A DNA stretch of 50,870 nt, filler included, from Basidiobolus ranarum (lineage: Eukaryota), in NCBI GenBank assembly GCA_040143965.1. It is 2 parts of 2 records of this genome, joined end to end, with 100 filler letters (N's around TTAATTAATTAA, not from the genome) between each part and the next. Parts side by side here need not be neighbours in the genome. Positions count along the whole stretch, not along the records: positions 25,614 to 50,870 come from JASJQH010000143.1; 1 more part is not named here. One strand, written 5' to 3'. Under the pieces are notes generated by a model. It did not search any database, was not told the DNA's origin, and saw nothing but the letters and a program-made list of their open reading frames with translations. The first letter of the stretch is position 1. The number at the start of each line of letters is the position of its first letter. This document shows positions 40,946 through 50,870 of this stretch, piece by piece. Both the position numbers and the translations under genes were made by a program.

Positions 40946-42170
40946 TTACTCGTCATAGTCAACCTCTTCGTTCGTAGGTTCTTTCGGCTCTAGATCTTCA
41001 CCATATTGCATTGCATTATCAATTTGGGATAAGGTGTAGGTGATCGAATCCTCATCACTTGGGTTCAAGGGGATGAAGTTGACCATATTGTAATCATCGA
41101 TCTGTGAATAACATGGAACTGTTTAGATCACAAACCAATTAGGCGTTGAATGAGAGATGTGGAATACTTTACCAGCTGAACGATGGCTTCATTAAGACTA
41201 TGGAAACGAGAACTAGTGTGAGCATTTACATCATCAATCAACAAAGAAGGATCCGTCTCCAAATATCTATCGAGCTCTCTTGGGTTGATGGCGGGGTTGA
41301 CAAGGTCCATTTTAGACATGACATTGATATGTGGAATTTCTAGATTGATCATGGCCGACATTGCACTCAAAACTCCAGAAAAATATTTGGATTTGTCTTC
41401 GATGAATTGACTCTCTAAAAGATAAACTCCACATATGCTGAAATTCCATCGTTGTAAGGTCTCGCACATACGCTTCATAATGGGGAAGTGAGTATATAAC
41501 TCAATTTGTCCTTATTGGTGTGGTAATAAAAGCAAGTGTTAAACTTTTGGACGAGAAAAAATCCTCAATAATAAATCGAGCTTTATATATACCAGGACAG
41601 TCTATGATAAGATAATCGTCCTCGTAGTCACCAAGTTCTTCTTCCAACCAGTCTATATTGTTTAGAAGGAATGTGGATCTACGTTAAGGATAATACTTCA
41701 AATAAAATGGTATAGTAGTTTGTATGTTTAAATGAAAGGATATTCAAGACAGTAGATCAGGCCACCATTTGGTCCGTAGTCTAGTTCCTCCATGACATCT
41801 TCTAGGGTGATAAGCTCACGAATATCTATGAAATACATATGTTTAGATAAAGAGTTCTATAGGGAATTGGTAATTGAATCGAGGTACCAATGCTGGGGTC
41901 ATAGGTGAAACGCTCAGCAGCAGGATCCAAGTTGACCAAGTGGACAGATCGGCCAATATTTTGACAGTGTGTCATGATTGTTGAACAGAAAGTAGACTAC
42001 ATAAGCTTAATTAAAACTAAGGCAAAACAAGCACGAAAAATAACCACAATTTACCTTCCCGCTTCCAGCAGGGCCCATAACCAACTGACAGTGCTTACCC
42101 CTATACGAATATCATGAACAACTTTTAGAAAAGGATTCTCTATATATGTATATTTGCGAACTTATTACAT
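40946..42170 (-). CDS. GPN3: GPN-loop GTPase 3 (RNA polymerase assembly/import), 7 exons including one U12 AT-AC intron
   Basis: [86 protein letters not shown]. Confidence 0.96.
41673..41743 (-). other. U12-type (minor spliceosome) AT-AC intron, 71 nt
   Basis: 5' site ATATCCTTT, branch point TCCTTAAC (41683-41690), 3' end CAC; removal restores the GPN3 frame. Confidence 0.92.
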
Positions 42171-42524
42171 TGTATGTTACTCGGATGAACGACAGAATAT
42201 GAAAGGAAGAATAAAAAGTTCACTTATGTCGTGCAGACTTGAACAATAAGCCATTGGTTTTTTTACTGAATCATATCGAGTTTCGAAAAAAAATCGAAGC
42301 AGTCTCAGTAACTTTATCAAATAATATTAGTAATACGTTTGTAAATGAATGCCAAGTAAACCATCACATTGAATCAATCTTAAGGGAACGCCATAATTTT
42401 TAGACGGTAATTCTGGCAAACTCTTCGCAAAAGTGACAGGGAAAATGTTTAAGATAAATATTTATTTATTCACAATAATTGTACAGATTAAATTGTTAAA
42501 TCCATTTTAAATAGCAGTTTATCA

Positions 42525-42914
42525 TCAATAATCTTCTAGTAATAGGGAGTTTCTATTGACTTGTTTAGTTTCTACTTCGAGTTCGCTAACCATCTCCAAC
42601 AACTCATCAATTCCTTCGTCATTCTCGTCAATGAGTTGAGATAGGGATCGAACCAGTGCATCCTGAGTACGCTCCAGATGATCAATGGACTCGATGATAG
42701 GTGTTTGCGACGACTCTTCATATTCAACAAACCCCATCAACACATTCTTTGGCAATCGAAGAACCCTCAACAGGATATATGTTTGCTGAGCAGCCTTCCC
42801 TCTAAAGCGAGAAAAGTAATCGAACATGGGCACCAGATATGGCTTTATAGTGACAAGCTTGAAGTATTGATGTATAACGTTCATAAGCGATTGGATTGTG
42901 GTAATGGTGGGCAT
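42525..42914 (-). CDS. Hypothetical 129-aa protein with an acidic coiled-coil-like C-terminus
   Basis: ATG-initiated ORF; upstream TATA-like ATATATAA near 43035-43042; no family recognised. Confidence 0.45.
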   Translation of the reverse strand: MPTITTIQSLMNVIHQYFKLVTIKPYLVPMFDYFSRFRGKAAQQTYILLRVLRLPKNVLMGFVEYEESSQTPIIESIDHLERTQDALVRSLSQLIDENDEGIDELLEMVSELEVETKQVNRNSLLLEDY

Positions 42915-43057
42915 ATCAAATGATTACGATTGGGTTGTCAGAAATAGCAAGTTCAATTCATCTATTCTGAGTGTGAATCCGAAAAGATCAGGGAGTCAGT
43001 GATTAGTACACAATACAGAAGATCTCTCAGAGTATTATATATCCTCCAAATCCATCT

Positions 43058-43111
43058 CCGAATCCCTCATATGCACACTAGATACCGAATTCCTCATATG
43101 CACACTAGATA
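43058..43111. repeat. Tandem duplication of 27 bp (CCGAATYCCTCATATGCACACTAGATA x2)
   Basis: Copies at 43058-43084 and 43085-43111. Confidence 0.85.
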
Positions 43112-43591
43112 TCACTATTTGTTTACTTACACATGCCATACCGTATGATGAATACAGTGTCATCGATACCGTGGAATGGCTCCAGTTGTTTGGATTCACT
43201 AAATGTAGGAGTGCGCATTCCACGTTATTCGGAAATTCAATCATTCAAGCGGATCATTTTCCAAGTACTAGTTTCAACAGGAATCTTTTGTCAATATATG
43301 AAAGAAATACTGAATAAACGGCGTACAGTCTTGGGCCTAAATGAACATATTCATGCTGTGTTTGCAATCCTAGATCATCAACCAACCAGTGGTGCATAAA
43401 TAATAACCAAGAACACTTGTCGTGGTTCAGAGCCTCACACAAATCATATTGAATTGTGGTTTTATTTCTGAAGTTTTGAGACCAATGATGGTTGAGATAT
43501 TCATATGAAGAGTGTCTAAAACATGCCAAGTGAAGAGAGAAATGAAGGGAATTACAGTTTTGTCGGAGTTGGCTATCTGTAAATTGAAGAT

Positions 43592-44663
43592 TTATGAGGA
43601 GGCACCGTAGTACATGTGTTGAACGTCAACTAATTTCTTGCCACGGGCTTTGGCAATTTGCTCAGGGTCTCTTTGCTTTTGAAGCGCTTCAAATGTAGCT
43701 TTGATGACATTGATGGGGTTACGGGAACCGCGAACCTTACTGCTGATATCTTGGATTCCTACACATTTGCAGATCTCGTGAACGTACAAATTGGATCTGT
43801 TGCCAAAACCTACATATAAATATGATTAGATGAGCCACATATCCGTCGAGATGTATACGCATTTACTTTACCAGGAGGTCTAGAGAATAATAACAAGTTG
43901 GTGGCCTTGAATTTATGCTCAATATCGTGGAACAAGGTTCTGTCATCATAACGATCAAAGTAAATGATGTTCTTGATGGCACGAAGGGTTGCTTTCTGGA
44001 CAGCTCTACCGGCATCAGAGTCCTTTCCTTCGCCATAACCAGCAGCACCGTTGCCATTTCCGACAACTACAAGAGCAGACATGGAGGGAATTTTACCCTT
44101 TCTAGTCATATTAACGGTTCTTCTCATGGACAATACTTTCTTTTGTAGACCACGGAACTGTTCATATGTGATACCAAGCTCCTCGGAGTAAACGAGCTCC
44201 TCGTCAACGGTTTTAGCTACCTCTGGAGGGGTGCTTGGAATAGGACGAAATCCGAATTCATCCTCAGATTTATCCAAGAAGATATCCTCTTCTTCTGGAG
44301 TCAAATGATCAAGGACTGGATCGGTTTTCGAAAAATCAGGAAGTAATTGGGTGGGATCATTGATACGAAGTCTACGAGGCTTGCCGTTGGGGTGAAACTT
44401 GGGAACAACCTCAACGTTTTGAGTTTGGGAACTGGAGAAATTTCTATTGAAACCAACAGATATAGTTCCTCTAGCTAGAATTATGGTTGTTTCAGAAGTG
44501 TACAGTTAGTTAAGAATATAGAAATAGGTAAAACCAGAACCATACAATATATGACTATTAACGCATATATTTATGTTTATCAGTAAAACTCACCAAAGGT
44601 CCCAAAAGCTTGGGTGCTACGAGCGATTTTAAGTACTTGAAGGCCTCGGGTAAGCGAATTCAT
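43592..44663 (-). CDS. MRPS5: Mitochondrial ribosomal protein uS5m, 3 exons
   Basis: Presequence-like N-terminus; VNMTRKGKIPSMSALVVVGNGNGAAGYGEGK, RPPG|FG, GIQDISSKVRGSRNPINVIKA. Confidence 0.93.
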
Positions 44664-45711
44664 ACTGTGAAATGGAACCTCGGCAGACGAACAGACGAAA
44701 GTTCTTGTAACCAAAAATTTTACCAAATAATTGACAATAACCTGCGGGGGAGGTGATTTAATTTTCGAATACTAAATTTGGATAAACTCACCCCTCTGTA
44801 AAGTTAGTTTTTTTTTATTTGATCGGGATTTATTCAGAAAATTTCCAATTAAACAACTTTTCCAGGTGTTGTTAGTTATCTTGCTCAATGGATTACTTAT
44901 GCTACCACTGCACTGCGACTAAATAACGAGTGGGCTCCTTTCTTTCTAACTAAATCGATACCAGGTATTTCTATCATAGACCAAATACACCAGATGGTAT
45001 ATGTCCATACCGATTCGTAAGCTGGTCAACTGCTAATACTGTTTCAAAGAAAACAGTCACAAATGCCACTTGACTAAATATCATACATATGTGACATACC
45101 TCACTTCAATTAATTTCAGCGCTTCTAGAAGGAAGGAACGGCCAAACAACATACTCAAAAGTATATGGACGTGTATGTATGTATAGATATTGTTCTGTTT
45201 GATTGTGAGCATTTATTCTAAAAAATGAACATACGTTATATGCTTTTAAGAGAGGCTTCCAATAGGTTTAGCGTAGATTGCTGATCCTCAAATTACAAAG
45301 GCTTATTCTTTATCTATGATTTGACTCTTACGTGTATATATTTGAATTGAGTTGTAATCATTGTCGAATCTATGCACCTCTTTTATTTCTATGCTAGCTA
45401 TATATACTTCTTTTCTTCCTTTAGTACTCACTTCTCTGGGCAATAGATCTAATGTACAAGAAAGAATTTATCAAGACTATTGAATTAATCAGGAATATAT
45501 TTCTACATAAATAGCTTTCATTGATAATCACCATTTGATAAGTTTCGATAGCTTGATCTAAAGACCAAATTTTTCCGAATTTTTTTTCAATTTTCTTGAT
45601 TTGATCGTAGTAAGCAAAATAGTAATGATTTGAACTAATTCAAACACGATACCAGGTCGCGTTGCGCCTACGTGAATATATTATATTTAGACATATTGAA
45701 GTTGGCAAAGT

Positions 45712-47576
45712 ATGTATGAAGAATATGATTATGATGCACATCGTCAATATGAAGATGATATGTATCAAAGTGACCACACCGATGCTTCTGGGTAATGTTC
45801 CTTTTTTTTAATGAGGGGTTTCATAGTTTCTTGAAACACTAATCCAGTATTATTTTACTTTAGTGAGAAAGTAGATAGTGATATTGAAGATACTTTATTG
45901 AGTCACGTATATTATACACCTAAAAGTCAGAAAACTACTCCGGCTAAATCGGTTGTCTCTGAAGAGTTCGATGCTACTCCTTCAAAAGCCAGTAAATTTT
46001 CTCAAGTGATTTCGAGTGACGAGAATGATTCGGACAATGAACACCATAATGTATCTCATTCGGACGAAGAAAGTGATACTAAGTATACCTTGTCAAAGAA
46101 GAATAAAAATACGGAGGTAATGACAAACGATGATTCGTCAACCGACTCTGATTCTAGCCTAGACTGGGAAGAGGAAGCTTCTAAAGACAATATAAAGGAG
46201 AAAATCGCTATGGATGAGCATGACTCAGTCGAACCTGATACGGAGAAAAATGAGAAAACACCGAACAAAATGAGCAACTCAAATATCCAATTGACTGAGC
46301 CTTTGTTGATTACCCAAGTGATAACTCCCAACAAAAAATGGTCTCCAGAGCCACAATCGGAGTCAGCTAAAGTTAGTGATGATGAATACGAATATCTTGA
46401 AGATGCCGACATTAAAGTAAGCAATGCAGCAGTTTATTCAATTATATGGATTACTTGTTAACATATCCCTCTTCTTGATAGGGTAAAAATCGGTATTTTA
46501 TGGAGCCTGACTCAGGAAAGAAAGGTCAAGTGTGTTATATCTGTAAAGAACCTGGTCATTTAGCTCGTGATTGTACTGTTTTGAAGGTTTGCTTTTGTAC
46601 AAATTACTTTTGTTTTGGATGGCGTACTTACTTGACACTTAAAATAGTGCTTCATTTGCGGTGAAGAAGGACATACATCTAGAGACTGTCTCTTCACATC
46701 AGAAATCTGTCATAACTGTAATAAGCGTGGCCATAGGGCTAGGGTGAGTTTATTGTTTTTTAGCTTTGTGTTTCCACTGTAATCATTAACCAAACCCACT
46801 TTCTCAGGATTGCCCTGAACCACGCTCTTTCGGAGTCAAAGAGTGCAGACGTTGTGAATCAAGAAATCACCACTCGGAGGTTGCTAATTTACTATTCCAT
46901 TTGCGGTTGCGGTTGAATAGAAACTAATTATTTCTTCAGGAATGCCCACTGATTTGGAGACAATACGTTATTGCGAAACCTAACCCAGCAAAGGTTGGTC
47001 ACATTATTAACATCTATATCGTATTATATTCTTACATAGCTGCTTTACAGATAAAACCGGACCGGATGTTTTGTTATAATTGCGGTGACTATGGTCACTT
47101 AGGCAATGTAAGTTATTCATTTTGATACTTTACTCCACCTCTTGCTTACTAAATTGGATTTAGAAATGCTCCAAATCCAACATGGATCAGAGCTCTGGTT
47201 CGGGCGCGTTCAACAACTCTCATCAAAATTCTCGCAATTCCAGGGGTCGTCCTGAGGAAGATCGGAGACCAGCCAAAAGGTATAGAGCAGACTTCCATGA
47301 TGATCATCGTCATAAATATGATGATCGTGATCGCCATCGTAGTTATGGTCGTGAGTCGAGTTATAGAAGAGATAGACATTATGATAATGTAAGTTGCGGT
47401 GTTGCGTTACCAGAGAGAAGGTATACTAATGGACTGATACAATTTAGGGCCATCGACGTGAGAGCTCCTACACACCTAGAGATAAGTATCGGAGCCGTGA
47501 CTCGGACTATCGTCAAAGCCCTAGTTATAAGAAATCATCGCCTTCGTATCGACATGATAAGAAGAGGAGAAGATGA
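45712..47576 (+). CDS. AIR2: Air1/Air2/ZCCHC7-type zinc-knuckle RNA-binding protein (TRAMP subunit), multi-exon
   Basis: DSDIEDTLLSHVYY; five CCHC knuckles (CYICKEPGHLARDC, CFICGEEGHTSRDC, CHNCNKRGHRARDC, CRRCESRNHHSEEC, CYNCGDYGHLGNKC) with the IWRQY motif; RD/RS-rich tail. Confidence 0.88.
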
Positions 47577-48021
47577 GTTGGTCTACGGTGTATACCATTT
47601 TACATCGCCAACCCTATGTGAGTTAGTATGCATATAGAATCCCGCACTACTTCCACCTTCACCTTCACCTCCACCTCCTTTACATTCACTCGCTCAACTC
47701 TGTAATAGATGTTTGTTGTTTCCCCCGAATCACGGGCGTATAATTTAATCAAGGTTTATTCCATTTGTTTTCCCTCAACAAGCGTCGTACAATACAGATA
47801 GTGTGTAAATAATGATTTTCTCGTGGATAGTATTTTTTATTAGATATTTGCAGAGTATTTTCATTTGGGAAGCTCTGGTTAACTCAATCAATTTTCAAAT
47901 TTTATACAATCATACTCATGAAAAGTGACAAATATGATTCACCGAGTATTAGATAACTTCGTGATATATTATGGTAAAGGATCATTTATATCCTAGAACA
48001 GAGACAATCAAACAGGTGTTC

Positions 48022-50870
48022 TTAATAAGAAAATTCAATCTTCCAATCTTCACTGATACGAGAGCCAGGGTCTTTGATAGTACAAACATTGTTGTTGGTC
48101 ACTGTTCGCTCACAATCAACCTGCAATTCCTTCTTCTGTCCAGAGGAAATCAAAGTGACAGACTTGGGAGTGTTTGCCAAACCAAGAACGACAAGTCGTT
48201 CAACGCGAACGGATTTAATAGATTCAAAGAAATCTGTAGTGCCCTTGGATTTGTTCTCACCTAGGTTATGTGATTCAAGAAGTCCATTGGCGAATGTAAA
48301 TTTACGATGAATATAGGCACCGGATTGATAGTCGTAGGATTCTCCATCATCAAGATATAATTCACCTTCTGCACTACCTTGATTATCCAGAGCAATAACT
48401 AGTGTGAATGGATCCCACTTCATTAAGGTTGATGATCTTCTAATACGTTCTCTCTTTGGCACAATAGCACCACCTCGAATATAAGCAGGAATGCTGTCGA
48501 GTTTGGATGATACAGTTTGAAGCCCAGATCCAGGAGCTGTAGTGTAGTCGAAAAGATTGTACCAAGGGCTATTAGCTGGGAAGTACACTGAGGTGGACTC
48601 GGTATCGGGGGTTACTATTGGCTTGACAAGCAAAGCTTCGCCTACCATATACTGGTCTTCCATATCGAAGACAGCCTCATCATTAGGATAACTAACGAAC
48701 ATTGGTCTGATAACTGGGGTACCTGAGACACTTGCCTCATGGAAAAGAGTGTACCATAGGGGAAGAAGAGAGTATCTAGTGCGGATAGCATGCTTAATTT
48801 GCGAAGTATAAGGTTCACCAAATAACCAAGGCTCACGACGTTTGGTATCAATATGAGCATGGGCACGGAAGAAAGGTTGGAAAGCACCAGCTTGATACCA
48901 ACGCACCAAAAGCTCGGGTTCCGGGTTACCAAAGAAACCGCCCACATCTGCTCCAGAGAATGGAATACCAGAGATACCAATGGTAAGCAGCATGGGGACA
49001 GATGCCTCTAGATGATCCCAACGGGCAAAGTTATCGCCAGTCCAAATAGCACTAGTGCGTTGGGTACCAGCATAAAAGGCTCTGGATAAGACGAAAGGTC
49101 TCTTAGGGACTTCGCTTCTTTGTATCTGACCATTAGCGGTGGATTCGTGGAACAGTACACCGAAGTAGTTGTGTAAATCACGATGTTCCCAGTTACCATG
49201 ATGAATGGCATCTTTGGGCATGGTAATTTCAGGGCCACTAAATACAGAGGGCTCGTTCATATCGTTCCATGTAAATAATGAATCAGTGGTGCATTTATAT
49301 TTGTCGAAACCAAATTGTTTAATCCACCAATCCCGAGCAGCTGGGTTAGTATAATCAACCCAAGAAGAGCTACCTGGCCAACACCACCCATCAAAGTCAT
49401 TGCCATCCTTGTTCTTGATGAAAAAGTTCTTCTCTTTCGCTTCACTGAAGATGTAATAATTATCGTCCCGTTTGATGTGGGGATCAACAATAGTAACTAG
49501 CTTTCTGCCTTTAACAGATAGTGAATTCTGCATAGTAACAGGATCTGGGAATTTGGCTTCATCCCATGTAAAGTACCTCTTTCCATCGGTATGCTCAATA
49601 TCCAACCAAAGAACGTCGACAGGTATGTCGTGCTGGTCAAAACCAGCCTCGACTGAAGCTACGTCCTTATCGTCCAAGTAATTCCATCGGCATTGATGAT
49701 ATGCAATGGCAAAAGACTGAGGGAGAGTAGCATATCCAGTCAATGAAGAATATTGACGGAAAATGTCAGAAGATGTTGGTCCTAGAAATACGAAAACATC
49801 CATCACTCCAGACTCACTAATCCAATGAGTTTGAGTGGTTGTTTGTTTCTTTGTTTTGTAAACAAAAGACCATAATTAGTACATATCATCATAGGAAGAA
49901 TAGTCAGCGTGCTTTGGTATTCAAAGTTAACACTTGCCTCGTTTGTGTCTTTTTCAATATCAATCCACGTCTCAGCAGCATTCATCCAGAATACACCAAC
50001 AGTTCTGTGCTTTCCATGAGCCATCATGAAAGGAATAGAACCATATAATGCCATAGGATTGTCAAGTTCATACTCAAAAACATCCAAATTATACAAGCGA
50101 TATGGGTCGGTATAGGCGTTATCCCCACCTCTAGAAATACCAACAAGATTGTCAGTTTCAAGAAATATAATGAACTGGAGAGATGTAGTCAATTTACCTA
50201 GTAGTTTTCAAAGACAGTGATGATGCGTGCTCAGGAATACCATAAACGTGTTGGAAACCAGGGAATGAGATATCCATAGCAATTGAAGAGGGACCTAAGT
50301 GAATTACCAGTTTAAGCTAGGATCAGATCAATAGAAAACCAGTTTTGACCTTACCATTGGGTCTGCTGTCAGTACTTCCTTTCCAGTGCTCGTCCCAATT
50401 GGCCTCTTCGTTTCCAGCTGGAGTTTCCTGCTCATTGTTCTCTTCTGTTTGTTCAGTAAGTTTAGGAGCTGGCTTTTCTCCTATGGGTTCGAAATTCAGG
50501 AAGCCACGTTCATTTAAAGTTACTAAAGGAGTTTCCTTTGAGTAGAAAGTTACTTGGAAAGGAGAGGGCTGGATTACAATGGTATTATCTTCCTCAGCCT
50601 GGCGTAAAGTTACGACACCGCTCGTTTGGTCAACCGAAAAAGTAGCTTGGTGATCAGCAACTGGTGGGTTGACAATCACGAATTTTTTTAGTTCATCATA
50701 ACGAGGTTTGAGCGGGTTCTTCTCGTTAAGTTTAAAACGAGCTGCACTTTTTTCAAAAAGATTGAGCTCGAAAACAAAAGGAACTCCGTTTTTGTTGTTC
50801 AGAAGTTCTCCAGTTAAAACACCATCTTTGAAATTAATAGTGTCTTTGGTTAGAGTATAAGGTGAACCGG
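48022..50870 (-). CDS. ROT2: ER glucosidase II alpha subunit (GH31), 5'-partial
   Basis: [54 protein letters not shown], catalytic [10 protein letters not shown] and [20 protein letters not shown]. Confidence 0.96.
49849..49937 (-). other. GC-AG intron in glucosidase II alpha
   Basis: Donor GAG|GCAAGT, branch ACTAAT, acceptor CAAAG; removal gives in-frame [19 protein letters not shown]. Confidence 0.8.

Noticed and set aside
47971-50545. Short ORFs overlapping glucosidase II (and similar ones over SEC23, GH8 and the GPI genes)
   Set aside because: Antisense or off-frame shadows of well-supported genes.

Overview
Gene-dense, AT-rich eukaryotic DNA with short introns, most likely from an early-diverging (zygomycete-grade) fungus; the exact taxon cannot be fixed from the sequence. 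About 22 protein-coding genes are supported, mostly conserved housekeeping genes (BCAS3-like WD40, UPF0658 membrane protein, SEC23, Borealin/Nbl1-like, GRX3/4, SUR2, MRS3/4, F-box/LRR, BolA, MDM10, Slt2/Mpk1-type MAPK, Hsp20, GPN3, MRPS5, AIR1/2, glucosidase II alpha). A nested, decayed Ty1/copia cluster at about 24.2-25.7 kb lies in a CpG-free stretch and contains an artificial assembly linker. The most notable observations are a U12-type (minor spliceosome) AT-AC intron in GPN3, a start codon split by an intron in the same gene, an intronless bacterial-type GH8b glycosidase with no signal peptide, a type II membrane glycosyltransferase-like/alginate-lyase-like protein with an altered catalytic motif, a tandem pair of variant CFEM-like GPI proteins, and a loose grouping of iron/Fe-S genes. 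Exon boundaries were inferred by eye from splice motifs and protein continuity.
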